A stretch of 64,000 nt of DNA from an uncultured Bacteroidales bacterium (GCA_963779845.1 CAVZZV010000005.1:764245-828244); one strand, 5' to 3'. Numbered from the stretch's first letter, positions 9,608 to 19,706 are shown. Program-made: numbers and translations. Notes: a model not told the origin generated them from the letters alone.

Positions 9608-12600
9608 TTGGAGAATATATATAAAAATAATAGTCAAAAGGAGGTAGTAGCCGGCATTTTAAAGGATTCGGAAGGAATTCTTATGCATTTGAAAGGCTTG
9701 AGCGGATCGGCAGCCTCCATGTTTATCCACTCCTGTACCGATACCCTGAAAGGCAGTCACCTTATTATTCTGAATGATAAAGAGGAAGCCGCCTATTTTT
9801 TTAACGACCTTACTACGTACGATGGCATAGAAAGAAGCATGTTTTTTCCCTCCTCCTATACGCGTTCCATTCAGTATAAAAACACGGATGAAGCAAACAT
9901 TATCAATCGTATACAAGTACTTAAACGACTGGGAGAGAGACGTGCAGCCAGCTTTATCGTAACCTACCCGGAGGCGCTCATGGAAAGAGTGATAAGCAGG
10001 AAAGGACTGGAAGACAATTCCTTTGAACTGAAGGAAGGGGAAAAACTCAGTCGCGACTTTTTACGGGAGTTGCTCGTAACATACCAATTTGAGCTTGTCG
10101 ACTTTGTACACGAACCAGGACAATACGCTCAACGCGGCAGCATTATCGACGTTTTCTCATTCTCCTCCACGCAACCGGTGCGCCTTGATTTTTTTGGGGA
10201 TGAAATCGAATCTATGCGCAAATTCGAAGTCTCTTCCCAGCTTTCACTGGAAAAAATCAGGAAGGCCTCCCTGGTCCCAAATATCCAGTGGGAAAAAGAA
10301 AGACTGGCCAAAAGGGTTTCCTTTTTCGAATACCTTCCGAAGCATACCACCGTATGGATGGAGGACCCAGGGGCCATTTTTCATCGCATTGATGAAATTT
10401 ACAATAAGACAGATTTTGAAGCCGAAAAAGGCACAACCATTATAAAGAAAGAAGTAATCGTTGATTCACAAGACCTCCTCCGTGATATTCACTCCCTGAA
10501 CAAGGTTGAATTTGGTAATCCATTTTTTTCTTCCCCTGAAAAAACCCTATACTTTAGCACATCACCTCAACCTGTTTTCAATAAAAATTTCACGCTCCTT
10601 GCCAAAGAGATCAGGGAGCGTCAGTCGGAAGAATACGAGGTTTGTATTCTTTCAGAAAGCGAAAAACAAATCGAACGCTTACGAGCCATTTTTGCGGAAA
10701 CCGATGCCGGCATTCATTTTACGGCAATAAATAAAACCCTTCACCAGGGTTTCATTGATCATGATCTCAAAAAATGCCTTTTCACCGACCACCAGATCTT
10801 TGAACGCTATCACAAATACAAGATCATCGACCGGTATGACCGAAAAGAGTCCATTAACCTTAAAGAACTCACAGACCTTAAGCCAGGGGATTTTGTTGTA
10901 CATGTCGACCATGGGATAGGCATTTTCGGTGGACTCGAAACGCTGGAGATGAATGGGAAAAAGCAGGAGTCTGTCAGGCTGGTTTACAAAGACAAGGATG
11001 TTTTATATGTAAGTATTCACGCACTTCATAAAATATCGAAATATAAGGGAAGAGATAATGAACAGCCGAGGATATACAAGTTAGGAACAGGCGCATGGCA
11101 AAAACTAAAGGCCACAACCCGGAAAAAAGTTAAAGATATAGCCGCAGACCTGATTAAATTATATGCCGTGAGAAGAGAACAGGAAGGTTTCCCGTTCAGT
11201 CCCGACACCTACCTCCAGCAGGAACTCGAAGCATCCTTTATTTATGAGGATACTCCCGACCAGCTAAAGGCAACCACAGATGTCAAGGCAGGAATGGAAG
11301 CTTCCTGGCCTATGGACCGGCTGGTATGCGGTGATGTGGGCTTTGGTAAAACGGAAGTTGCCATACGGGCTGCTTTTAAAGCTGTTAGCGATTCTAAACA
11401 GGTAGCTATACTGGTTCCTACTACTATCCTGGCTTTGCAACATTATAATACATTCAGGGAACGATTGCACAATTTTCCCTGCAATGTCGATTATATCAGT
11501 CGGTTGAAAAGCTCAGCAGAACAAAAACGTTCCCTGGAGCGCCTGGTAAAAGGGGAAACCGATATTATCATCGGCACCCATAAACTGGTAGGAAAAGAGG
11601 TTAAATTTAAAGATCTGGGGTTACTGGTCATAGATGAAGAACAAAAATTCGGGGTCAGTATAAAAGAAAAATTGCGGGAATTAAAACTCAATGTTGATAC
11701 CCTGACCCTTACCGCCACCCCAATACCCCGTACCTTACAGTTTTCCCTTTTGGGGGCCAGAGACCTGTCGATTATTAATACCCCCCCACCTAACCGGCAT
11801 CCGATCATAACCGAAGTCCACGGCTTTAATGAAGAAATCATTAAAGAGGCCATTGAATATGAAGTAGGAAGAGGGGGTCAGGTTTTCTTCATCCACAACA
11901 GAGTCCAGAATATCGGTGAAGTGGAGGCACTCGTTAACCGAGTGGTTAAAGGAGTGCGCACGGTGGTTGCCCATGGGCAGTTGGAAGGGAAAAAACTTGA
12001 AACTATCATGCTCGATTTCATGCAGGGATTTTATGATGTTCTCATTGCCACCACAATTATTGAATCGGGGCTGGACATCCCGAACGCAAATACGATCATC
12101 ATCAACAATGCACATCATTTTGGCCTGAGCGATTTGCACCAACTACGGGGGAGGGTTGGCCGCTCCAACAAAAAAGCATTCTGCTATCTCCTCTCCCCCC
12201 CTTTGCACCTCAATACCCCTGATGCCCGCAGAAGGCTGAAGGCCATTGAGGAATACGCTGAATTGGGTTCAGGGATAAACATAGCGATGCAGGACCTCGA
12301 TATCCGGGGCGCAGGAAATCTGTTAGGCGCTGAACAGAGCGGATTTATTGCCGATATTGGATATGAAACATACCACAGGATTTTGAACGAAGCCATTCTC
12401 GAATTAAAAGAAAATGAATTTAAAGAGGTTTATGAAAAATATGAAACCCCCAAAGAAAGGGAGGAAAGAAATTACATCAGCGACACCCAGATCGATACGG
12501 ACCTGGAAATTCTATTCCCTGAAACCTACATCTCCAGCATCTCAGAGAGGATGAGGCTATATCGTGAATTAGACAACACCTCCACCGAAGAAGAGTTATC

Positions 12601-12928
12601 GGCATTTGCCTCGAAGCTTACCGATCGGTTTGGCCCTTTACCTGAGCAAACGATTGCCCTTATGGATATTGTGAGACTACGCTGGAAGGCGATCAGGCTC
12701 GGTATCGAAAAAATAGTGATCCGTAATAAAAAAATGATTTGTTATTTTATTTCCGATCAGGATTCATCCTATTACCAATCCTCCACCTTCAGCAAAGTAC
12801 TGGGATATGTGCAGAGAGAATCCTCAAAAGTGCAGATGAAAGAAGAAAAAAACAGGCTCAGCCTGTTGATTAATAACATAAATTCCATAAATAAAGCAAT
12901 GGGCGTTTTGGAAAATATGTTAGTTTAG
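9608..12928 (+). CDS. mfd: transcription-repair coupling factor
   Basis: ORF 9542..12928. CarD-like GDFVVHVDHGIG, helicase motifs GDVGFGKTEVA and DEEQKFG, ...QLRGRVGRS, and a TRCF C-terminal domain. The start is uncertain: in-frame GTG 9542, GTG 9569, TTG 9608 and ATG 9683 are all possible. I chose 9608 by comparing N-terminal length with other Mfd proteins. Confidence 0.9.
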   Translation: MENIYKNNSQKEVVAGILKDSEGILMHLKGLSGSAASMFIHSCTDTLKGSHLIILNDKEEAAYFFNDLTTYDGIERSMFFPSSYTRSIQYKNTDEANIINRIQVLKRLGERRAASFIVTYPEALMERVISRKGLEDNSFELKEGEKLSRDFLRELLVTYQFELVDFVHEPGQYAQRGSIIDVFSFSSTQPVRLDFFGDEIESMRKFEVSSQLSLEKIRKASLVPNIQWEKERLAKRVSFFEYLPKHTTVWMEDPGAIFHRIDEIYNKTDFEAEKGTTIIKKEVIVDSQDLLRDIHSLNKVEFGNPFFSSPEKTLYFSTSPQPVFNKNFTLLAKEIRERQSEEYEVCILSESEKQIERLRAIFAETDAGIHFTAINKTLHQGFIDHDLKKCLFTDHQIFERYHKYKIIDRYDRKESINLKELTDLKPGDFVVHVDHGIGIFGGLETLEMNGKKQESVRLVYKDKDVLYVSIHALHKISKYKGRDNEQPRIYKLGTGAWQKLKATTRKKVKDIAADLIKLYAVRREQEGFPFSPDTYLQQELEASFIYEDTPDQLKATTDVKAGMEASWPMDRLVCGDVGFGKTEVAIRAAFKAVSDSKQVAILVPTTILALQHYNTFRERLHNFPCNVDYISRLKSSAEQKRSLERLVKGETDIIIGTHKLVGKEVKFKDLGLLVIDEEQKFGVSIKEKLRELKLNVDTLTLTATPIPRTLQFSLLGARDLSIINTPPPNRHPIITEVHGFNEEIIKEAIEYEVGRGGQVFFIHNRVQNIGEVEALVNRVVKGVRTVVAHGQLEGKKLETIMLDFMQGFYDVLIATTIIESGLDIPNANTIIINNAHHFGLSDLHQLRGRVGRSNKKAFCYLLSPPLHLNTPDARRRLKAIEEYAELGSGINIAMQDLDIRGAGNLLGAEQSGFIADIGYETYHRILNEAILELKENEFKEVYEKYETPKEREERNYISDTQIDTDLEILFPETYISSISERMRLYRELDNTSTEEELSAFASKLTDRFGPLPEQTIALMDIVRLRWKAIRLGIEKIVIRNKKMICYFISDQDSSYYQSSTFSKVLGYVQRESSKVQMKEEKNRLSLLINNINSINKAMGVLENMLV

Positions 12929-12963
12929 TTTTGGAATAGTAAAGTAAATCAAAAAATCCGATT

Positions 12964-13692
12964 ATGAACCTGGTTATCGATTATGGCAATTCAGTAATTA
13001 AGGCAGCTGTTTTTGAAAATGGGCAAATGATTGAAAAAGCCATCTTCAAAGAGGATCCGGAGCATAATATCAATAGGTTCATCCATGAAAATCCTGCAAT
13101 AGAGAATGCTATCCTTTCAGCATCATCCACGCCTTCAGAATCTTTTATAAAAATTCTCAAAGATTCCGTTACCCGCTTTATCCTACTGGACCATACCACC
13201 CCCCTTCCGATTAAAAATTTATATGAATCAAAGACAACCCTGGGTTACGACAGGATTTCCTCTGCTATAGGAGCATACACTATTTGTCCCGGATGCAACG
13301 TTTTGGTTATTGATGCAGGGACGGCAATTACGATAGATATTTTAAACAGCAATGCGGAATTTATCGGCGGAAATATCTCTCCCGGAAGGGAAATGAGGGC
13401 CAGGGCAATGAATTCCTTCACCGCCAGGCTTCCACTCGTGGAGACAACGGGCGATTATCCCTTAACTGGGAAAAACACAGAGGAAGCATTAAAGGCCGGT
13501 ATTATGAATGGGATAAAATTTGAATTAGAGGGGTATATAGGTGTCATGAATAAAAAATATGAAAATTTGCAGGTATTTTTAACAGGTGGAGATGCTAAAT
13601 ACTTTGTTAAAAACCTAAATTATGCCATCTTTGCAGATTCCAATATTAACTTATTAGGACTTAACAGCATATTAAATTATAATGCGAAATAA
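12964..13692 (+). CDS. coaX: type III pantothenate kinase
   Basis: 242 aa. MNLVIDYGNSVIKAAVF...VIDAGTAITIDI...GGNISPG. Confidence 0.9.
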   Translation: MNLVIDYGNSVIKAAVFENGQMIEKAIFKEDPEHNINRFIHENPAIENAILSASSTPSESFIKILKDSVTRFILLDHTTPLPIKNLYESKTTLGYDRISSAIGAYTICPGCNVLVIDAGTAITIDILNSNAEFIGGNISPGREMRARAMNSFTARLPLVETTGDYPLTGKNTEEALKAGIMNGIKFELEGYIGVMNKKYENLQVFLTGGDAKYFVKNLNYAIFADSNINLLGLNSILNYNAK

Positions 13693-14992
13693 AAGAAATA
13701 ATTTCCTTGTACTTCTGCTGATCATCACTTTGCCTGTATTTTCACAGACCAATACTTACTCCCCCTATTCGCGGTTCGGACTCGGTGAACTGGTAATTCC
13801 CGGCTTCGCTCAAAGCATTGGACTGGGCGCATCGGGAATCGCTTTGCGGAACAGTACTCATATCAATTATTTGAATCCAGCTTCCTATTCCGGACTAGAC
13901 ACACTCTCATTCGTGTTCGATTTTGGAATAATGGGTGGACTAACAAATTACTCAAACGGGACGATGGATAAGCAACTTAAAAATGCCAATCTTCATCATA
14001 TTGCCATCGGTTTTCCAATTGCCCGGTGGTGGAAAGCCGCAGCCGGGATAACCCCATTTAGCAATGTTGGGTATAAAATAAGTCAGGACGAGTATATACC
14101 AGGCTATGGTCCGGTAGAATATCTTTATGAGGGGACCGGGGGCTTAAACAAGTTCTTCCTCGGATCGTCATTAGAACTGTTCAAAAAGATCTCATTAGGG
14201 GTAAATATGTCTTATATGTTCGGCTATATTGAATATAAGAACCAAACCAGCTTCCCCCTCGATCTATATGCGGCCACTACATTATTTGATGACCGACTGG
14301 ATATAACCAAAATAATGTTCAACTTTGGTCTTCAATATCACGAGGTATTTAACGACAAGTATTTTCTTACCCTTGGACTCATCTTTGATAATGAAACACC
14401 ATTAAATGCAACCAGAACAAGCCTTCAACAGCAACACTTTCCTGGACAGGCAACTCAGGTAATACGTATTATAGATGGCGATTCGACTTTGGTCACCATT
14501 CCTTCTACGCTGGAATATAACAGGTATGATGAAAAAGGCAAAATTATTTATCCCCGCAATTTCGGGATGGCAGCGGCGTTTGGCCTTACAGATAAGCTAT
14601 TGCTAACAGGGGAGTATACCACACAACAGTGGAGTGAAAGCCGGTTTTTCGGCAGGAGTGATTCCCTGGTAAATTCGTCCTCTTTTAGAGGAGGAATTGA
14701 ATACCTGCCAAATAAAAATGCCCTTAAAGGCTATCTCAACCATGCCAGTTTTCGCCTCGGTGGATATTATACAAAAAGCTATTTAAGCATACGTGGACAA
14801 CAATTGAATGATTATGGCATAACTTTTGGAGTAGGACTTCCATTCAGAGGATCAAAAACTGCAGTGAACCTCGGTGTAATCCTCGGAAAAAGAGGAACTT
14901 TAAATAACAATCTGATCGAGGAGAAATATGGGATGATCCATGTTGGAATTACACTGCAGGATTATTGGTTCATCAAAAGGAAAATTGATTAG
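13682..14992 (+). CDS. uncharacterised outer-membrane beta-barrel protein
   Basis: 436 aa. Signal peptide (FLVLLLIITLPVFSQ). Conserved N-terminal YSPYSRFGLGEL motif. Alternating hydrophobic beta-strand pattern throughout with an aromatic-rich C-terminus. Overlaps the end of coaX by 11 nt. Confidence 0.55.
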   Translation: MRNKRNNFLVLLLIITLPVFSQTNTYSPYSRFGLGELVIPGFAQSIGLGASGIALRNSTHINYLNPASYSGLDTLSFVFDFGIMGGLTNYSNGTMDKQLKNANLHHIAIGFPIARWWKAAAGITPFSNVGYKISQDEYIPGYGPVEYLYEGTGGLNKFFLGSSLELFKKISLGVNMSYMFGYIEYKNQTSFPLDLYAATTLFDDRLDITKIMFNFGLQYHEVFNDKYFLTLGLIFDNETPLNATRTSLQQQHFPGQATQVIRIIDGDSTLVTIPSTLEYNRYDEKGKIIYPRNFGMAAAFGLTDKLLLTGEYTTQQWSESRFFGRSDSLVNSSSFRGGIEYLPNKNALKGYLNHASFRLGGYYTKSYLSIRGQQLNDYGITFGVGLPFRGSKTAVNLGVILGKRGTLNNNLIEEKYGMIHVGITLQDYWFIKRKID

Positions 14993-15015
14993 TATAATGC
15001 AAACCATTTAAGACC

Positions 15016-16350
15016 ATGAAAAGTACGTTTTTTAAATCATTAACCCTAGTCTCATTGGGTGTCTTTATGGGGTTACAGGCTTTCGCCCAGACTCCCGGGG
15101 GAAAGGACTGGCAAAACAATGAGGAATGTCTTAAGAATCTTTCCTTGTATTATGAATTCTACAAACATAAAAATTATGAGGATGCCCTCAATCCATGGCG
15201 CAAAGCATATACTATTTGCCCGGAGGCCAAGGAAAGCCTATATGCCTACGGGGTAAATATATACCGGTATTTTCTTGAAAAAGAAAAGGACCCGGAAAAA
15301 CAGTCTGCTTACGCCGATACGATTATGATGATATATGATAAACGCATAGAGTATTTTCCCGCAAATAAAGGGGACGTTTTGGGAAGAAAGGGTGTAGACC
15401 TGCTCCGCTACAAACGTCAGGATGGTTCCGAATTTATTAAAGAGGGTTATGATATTTTGAAAGAATCCATTCAGATTGAAAAAGAATCTTCAAGCCCGGT
15501 TGTTATCACTACTTTCGTATCCTCCGGAATATCTTTATTCCTGAATGGTGAACTCGACAATGAAACGCTTATCAATGACTATGTTATGGTCAGTGATATT
15601 CTGGATGCCCAGCTCATGAAAAAACCGACTGAAACCGGAAAAAGGGCACGCGAAGCGATTGATATCAATATCAAAGAAAGCCGGGCAATGACTTGCGAAG
15701 CCATAAACAATATTTTCTCCCCTAAGTTTGACCAGAACAAGGACAATAGGGATTGGCTGAAACTTATCATTGGATTTATGGACGATGCTGACTGTGTTAA
15801 CGAAGCCCTCTATGAGAAATCCTCCGAACAACTTTATTCTCTTGAACCTGACGCTGAAGCTGCTTATGCACTTGCCCGCCTTTTCTTTAAGAAAGAAGCT
15901 TACACCAAGGCCAAGAAATATTATCTTGAGGCAATAGAAAATTCTGAGGATCCCGACAGTAAAGCGAACTATTATTACGAACTTGGGGTGGTGGAACAGA
16001 ACTTCCTGAAATCCCCCAGGCTTGCTGTTCAATATGCTCAGGAGGCCATTAACCTTAAACCCAACTGGGGCGATCCCTATATACTTTTAGGATCCGCTTA
16101 TATCTCAGGAAATAATGACTTTTCTGACGACTTTGAAAAACGTACCGTTTATTGGGTAGCAGTGGATATGTTTTATAAGGCTAAATCAGTCGATCCCTCT
16201 GTAACGGATAAGGCCAGCGGGCTGATCTCGGACTTTACAAATTACTTTCCTTCCAAAGAAGATCTGTTTTTTCATGGTATACCCGAAGGTTCAAGTTATA
16301 CAGTTAAGGGATGGATTGACAGGACCACTACAGCCAGGTCAAAAAATTAG
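15016..16350 (+). CDS. secreted TPR-like repeat protein
   Basis: 444 aa. Signal peptide (SLTLVSLGVFMGLQAFAQ). Helical repeat segments such as YEDALNPWRKAYTICPE and AYTKAKKYYLEAIE...AVQYAQEAINLKPNWGDPYILLGSAY. Confidence 0.6.
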   Translation: MKSTFFKSLTLVSLGVFMGLQAFAQTPGGKDWQNNEECLKNLSLYYEFYKHKNYEDALNPWRKAYTICPEAKESLYAYGVNIYRYFLEKEKDPEKQSAYADTIMMIYDKRIEYFPANKGDVLGRKGVDLLRYKRQDGSEFIKEGYDILKESIQIEKESSSPVVITTFVSSGISLFLNGELDNETLINDYVMVSDILDAQLMKKPTETGKRAREAIDINIKESRAMTCEAINNIFSPKFDQNKDNRDWLKLIIGFMDDADCVNEALYEKSSEQLYSLEPDAEAAYALARLFFKKEAYTKAKKYYLEAIENSEDPDSKANYYYELGVVEQNFLKSPRLAVQYAQEAINLKPNWGDPYILLGSAYISGNNDFSDDFEKRTVYWVAVDMFYKAKSVDPSVTDKASGLISDFTNYFPSKEDLFFHGIPEGSSYTVKGWIDRTTTARSKN

Positions 16351-16353
16351 AAA

Positions 16354-16965
16354 GTGTTTTTTCAATCATTCAATACCAAATTTCACTATAGAATCCTGAA
16401 ACTCCTGGTTATTCCGGGAGTTTCTTTGCTTTTATTCGCTTGCGAAAATGATATCGAAAAAATTCATTCTATCACAGACAATACTGAACAGCCAGAGCTT
16501 TCAGCCACTGATGCCACAATTCTTTACAGCGATTCCGGTAAAGTAGAAATGAAACTTACCGCCAACAGAATTTTGCAGTTTTCCAAAGCGGAGCGGCCCT
16601 ATATCGAATTCCCTGACGGCATGTACGTTGAGTTTTATGATGACAGCCTTAATATAGAATCCCAGATGAAGTCAAACTATGCTATCTATTACATGGACGA
16701 GAAGATGTGGGAAGCCCGGGGGGATGTGGAAGCAATAAATAATATTAAAGGGGAAAAGCTGAATACCGAGGAACTTTTTTGGGATGAGGACAAAAAAACC
16801 ATATATTCAAATAATTTTTCCAGGATTCAGACTGCCGATGGAACCTTCTACGGCGAAAACGGGTTTGAATCGAATCAGCGTTTTTCAAAATGGAGACTGA
16901 AGGGTTCCCGGGGAACTGTTAACCTGAAGGAAAACAATAAGGAGCAAAAAGATAGCCAACCTTAA
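16354..16965 (+). CDS. lptC: LPS export periplasmic protein LptC (Bacteroidota type)
   Basis: 203 aa from GTG 16354. N-terminal anchor (LLVIPGVSLLLFAC), then ...ATILYSDSGKVEMKLTANRILQF...YIEFPDGMYVEFYD...WEARGDVEAIN..GEKLNTEELFWDEDKKTIYSN, which is typical of LptC. Confidence 0.7.
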   Translation: MFFQSFNTKFHYRILKLLVIPGVSLLLFACENDIEKIHSITDNTEQPELSATDATILYSDSGKVEMKLTANRILQFSKAERPYIEFPDGMYVEFYDDSLNIESQMKSNYAIYYMDEKMWEARGDVEAINNIKGEKLNTEELFWDEDKKTIYSNNFSRIQTADGTFYGENGFESNQRFSKWRLKGSRGTVNLKENNKEQKDSQP

Positions 16966-16974
16966 AAATTGATT

Positions 16975-18258
16975 ATGCATTTCATGCCAGCATTCCTGAT
17001 TCTACTCGCCCTTCTTTTTTCGGCCTTCTTTTCAGGCATGGAAATTGCGTTTGTCGCGGCCAACCGCCTTAAACTAGAGCTGGATAGAAAGCATGGACTG
17101 TTTTCGTCCAGATTAATCTCGGTGTTTCTGAAAAACCCGAGTCATTACATTACCACCATGCTTCTGGGGAATAATATATCCATGGTTATTTACGGTTTTG
17201 CCATCGCAAGGATCCTGGAACCTTTTATCCGACTTGACCTTCACATAAATAGCGAAATCGCCATTCTTATCCTGCAAACAATAATAGGCACCCTTATTAT
17301 CCTGTTTACAGCAGAGTTCCTTCCCAAAATAGTTTTTAGAAGCCGTCCGAATACTTCCTTAAATATTTTCGCTATTCCTGTTTATTTAATTTATATATTC
17401 CTTTTCCCGGTTACATGGATTGCTCTTTCTGTTACCAACTTTATCATGCGATACATTTTTCGCATAAGGGAGAAAATGGGAAGCGGAATCATTAGCCCGG
17501 TATTCGGTAAAATTGATTTGGATCACCTGGTCAGCGAAAGCCAGCAGACGATCGAGAGGAAACCTGAAGACGAGCCCGAAAAAAAAATTTTTCAGAATGC
17601 GCTTGAATTTTCCAGACTAAAATTACGCGACTGTATGATCCCACGTACTGAGGTCGAGGCTATCGAAGCCAACAGCAGCATGGAAGAATTGCAAAAGCGG
17701 TTCGTGGAAACAGGGTATTCCAAGATCCTGATTTTTGATGAGTCGATCGATAATATCATCGGGTATATCAGTTCCAAATTCCTCTTCACCCGACCCGGAA
17801 ATCTTCTCGACGGACTTGTTCCTATGAGCATTGTCCCTGAAACTATGAAGGTGAACAAACTCTTTCGGAAGCTCATTAAAGAACGTAAAACTATTGCCCT
17901 TGTAGTGGACGAATACGGAGGAACCTCAGGCATAATAACGCTAGAGGATATCATTGAAGAAATCTTTGGCGAGATTGAAGATGAACACGATACCGTTGAA
18001 TTAATTGACCGGCAGATTAATGAAAACGAATTTGAACTATCCGGTCGCCTCGAAATCGATTACCTTAATGAAAAGTTCAATATGGCAATTCCCGAATCAG
18101 AAGAATACGACACCCTCGCAGGATATATCATCCATAATTACGAAAATATTCCCAAACTCAACACAAGGGTCATCATTAAACCCTGGCAATACCGGATTTT
18201 GAAGGTAAGCCAGACAAAGATCGAATTGGTGCACGCCAGGAGGTTGAGAGAGGAATAG
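16975..18258 (+). CDS. CNNM/DUF21-CBS-CorC_HlyC family protein (hemolysin / GldE-like)
   Basis: ORF 16969..18258; first ATG at 16975. N-terminal 4-TM DUF21, a CBS pair (CMIPRTEVEAIE..., ALVVDEYGGTSGIITLEDIIEEIFGEIEDEHD) and a CorC_HlyC tail. Confidence 0.85.
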   Translation: MHFMPAFLILLALLFSAFFSGMEIAFVAANRLKLELDRKHGLFSSRLISVFLKNPSHYITTMLLGNNISMVIYGFAIARILEPFIRLDLHINSEIAILILQTIIGTLIILFTAEFLPKIVFRSRPNTSLNIFAIPVYLIYIFLFPVTWIALSVTNFIMRYIFRIREKMGSGIISPVFGKIDLDHLVSESQQTIERKPEDEPEKKIFQNALEFSRLKLRDCMIPRTEVEAIEANSSMEELQKRFVETGYSKILIFDESIDNIIGYISSKFLFTRPGNLLDGLVPMSIVPETMKVNKLFRKLIKERKTIALVVDEYGGTSGIITLEDIIEEIFGEIEDEHDTVELIDRQINENEFELSGRLEIDYLNEKFNMAIPESEEYDTLAGYIIHNYENIPKLNTRVIIKPWQYRILKVSQTKIELVHARRLREE

Positions 18259-18306
18259 TGCCGATCATGAAAAAATATCTGATTTGAGAGTGGATACCTT
18301 ATCCTC

Positions 18307-18426
18307 CTAGAAATCACTTTTCCGGCTCTTTTCCGCACGTTTTGCTTCTTTGGCAGCCCTCTTCTCTTTCATGTTTTTGAGAGGTGCTTTCTTAATGTTC
18401 TTTTTGTTCTCTTTTTCCTTTGACAT
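18307..18426 (-). CDS. candidate small lysine-rich protein (39 aa)
   Basis: My own translation, below the cut-off of the ORF track: ATG 18426 gives MSKEKENKKNIKKAPLKNMKEKRAAKEAKRAEKSRKSDF*. It sits in an otherwise empty gap and converges on the CNNM gene. I cannot verify any homology. Confidence 0.35.
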   Translation of the reverse strand: MSKEKENKKNIKKAPLKNMKEKRAAKEAKRAEKSRKSDF

Positions 18427-18589
18427 ACTATTTGTTTTTAGATCAATCGTAAGAAACTGAAATATTTATAAAGACCAAAAATGGTATCTGCAAGCTCATT
18501 CAGGATTCTAATCCCGGAATCTTTGATTATAACTTCTAGAGATTTTTTATTCCTTTAGATGGTTAAAATAATCCTTCAGTTATTCATTT

Positions 18590-18925
18590 TCATACCGAGA
18601 CTACCTCATATCCGCTTTTAAAAAGGGTGGAAATCATCTTAAACCGCTCGTTTGCTTTTACATTATTAGAGGTATGGGCGGGGATAATTATGCCCTCACC
18701 CGTTTTAACCATAGTCGATTTTTCATCGATTATTATTTCGGCTACACCGTCTATAATCTGGATAAACGTATCAAAAGGTGAAATCTTTTCGGGGAGTGTT
18801 TCTCCGGTTTCAATGGCCATAACACTTACAATACCGGTCGTTTTTCTGATAATGGTTTTGGTTACCACAGAATTCGGAATATAATCAACAATTTCAATTA
18901 ACAGATGCTTTTTTGATTTTTCCAT
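18590..18925 (-). CDS. cupin domain-containing protein
   Basis: 111 aa. Single cupin barrel pattern (...GIVSVMAIETGETLPEKISPFDTFIQIIDGVAEIIIDEKSTMVKTGEGIIIPAHTSNNVKA). Confidence 0.7.
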   Translation of the reverse strand: MEKSKKHLLIEIVDYIPNSVVTKTIIRKTTGIVSVMAIETGETLPEKISPFDTFIQIIDGVAEIIIDEKSTMVKTGEGIIIPAHTSNNVKANERFKMISTLFKSGYEVVSV

Positions 18926-19014
18926 CGGGAAGTTACATAAGCTTTAATATTAAATATCCTGTTGAAATCAGTTTTGATGTGATGAGTAAAGGTAGCCCCT
19001 TAATAAAGGTATGT

Positions 19015-19062
19015 ATTATACAATTGTGTGTTTATTTTACATTATTCACACATTATACAATT
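19015..19062. promoter_or_regulatory. operator-like repeat pair in the cupin promoter region
   Basis: ATTATACAATT occurs twice (19015-19025 and 19052-19062). The inner flanks are inverted: GTGTG (19026-19030) and CACAC (19047-19051). The pair lies between the AraC-type regulator and the cupin gene. Confidence 0.3.
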
Positions 19063-19145
19063 TTGCATTCGTCAATAAGGTCGGGTACCTTGATCAGAAC
19101 CAGGCTTGCGGGCTCAGCGAGCAAATAGTTTCGACGCTGAATATG

Positions 19146-19706
19146 TCACAGATTTTCGAGGGTATCCCGTCTTTTTTCTTTTAGCATTTTAAAGTGGGAA
19201 GGGGTAAGTCCCGTTATTTTCTTAAACTGATTTGACAAATGTGCAACACTGCTATAATGCAATTTGAAAGCAATCTCAGATAGGTTAATCTCGTCATAAA
19301 CGATAAGTTCTTTTACTTTTTCAATTTTATGGGTAATGTAAAACTTTTCTATGGTTATACCCTTTACTTCCGAAAAAAGATTGGCAAGATACGTGTAATC
19401 ATGATACAGTCTTTCACTTAGGTAATCTGACAAATTAACTTTTATTTGATCGTCTGTATAGTGAACCAATTCAATAATAGCAGTCTTGATTTTTTCCACC
19501 AGAATGCTCTTTTTGTCATCCATCAATTGCAGTCCGGATTTTCTTAATTCCATATCCAATTGCTGCAAGGTATCTTCAGGTATGTTTCCAATAATATTTG
19601 CTTCCCCAATTTTTACCTCACCACAGGTCATACCAAGTTTTTCCAACTCACTTTTTACCACCATCTGGCAGCGTATACAAACCATATTTTTGATATATAT
19701 TTTCAA
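19146..19706 (-). CDS. AraC-family transcriptional regulator with an N-terminal HMA-like (CxxC) domain
   Basis: 186 aa from TTG 19706. (M)KIYIKNMVCIRCQMVVKSELEKLG resembles a heavy-metal-associated fold with CxxC. The C-terminus INLSEIAFKLHYSSVAHLSNQFKKITGLTPSHF is an AraC HTH. Confidence 0.75.
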   Translation of the reverse strand: MKIYIKNMVCIRCQMVVKSELEKLGMTCGEVKIGEANIIGNIPEDTLQQLDMELRKSGLQLMDDKKSILVEKIKTAIIELVHYTDDQIKVNLSDYLSERLYHDYTYLANLFSEVKGITIEKFYITHKIEKVKELIVYDEINLSEIAFKLHYSSVAHLSNQFKKITGLTPSHFKMLKEKRRDTLENL

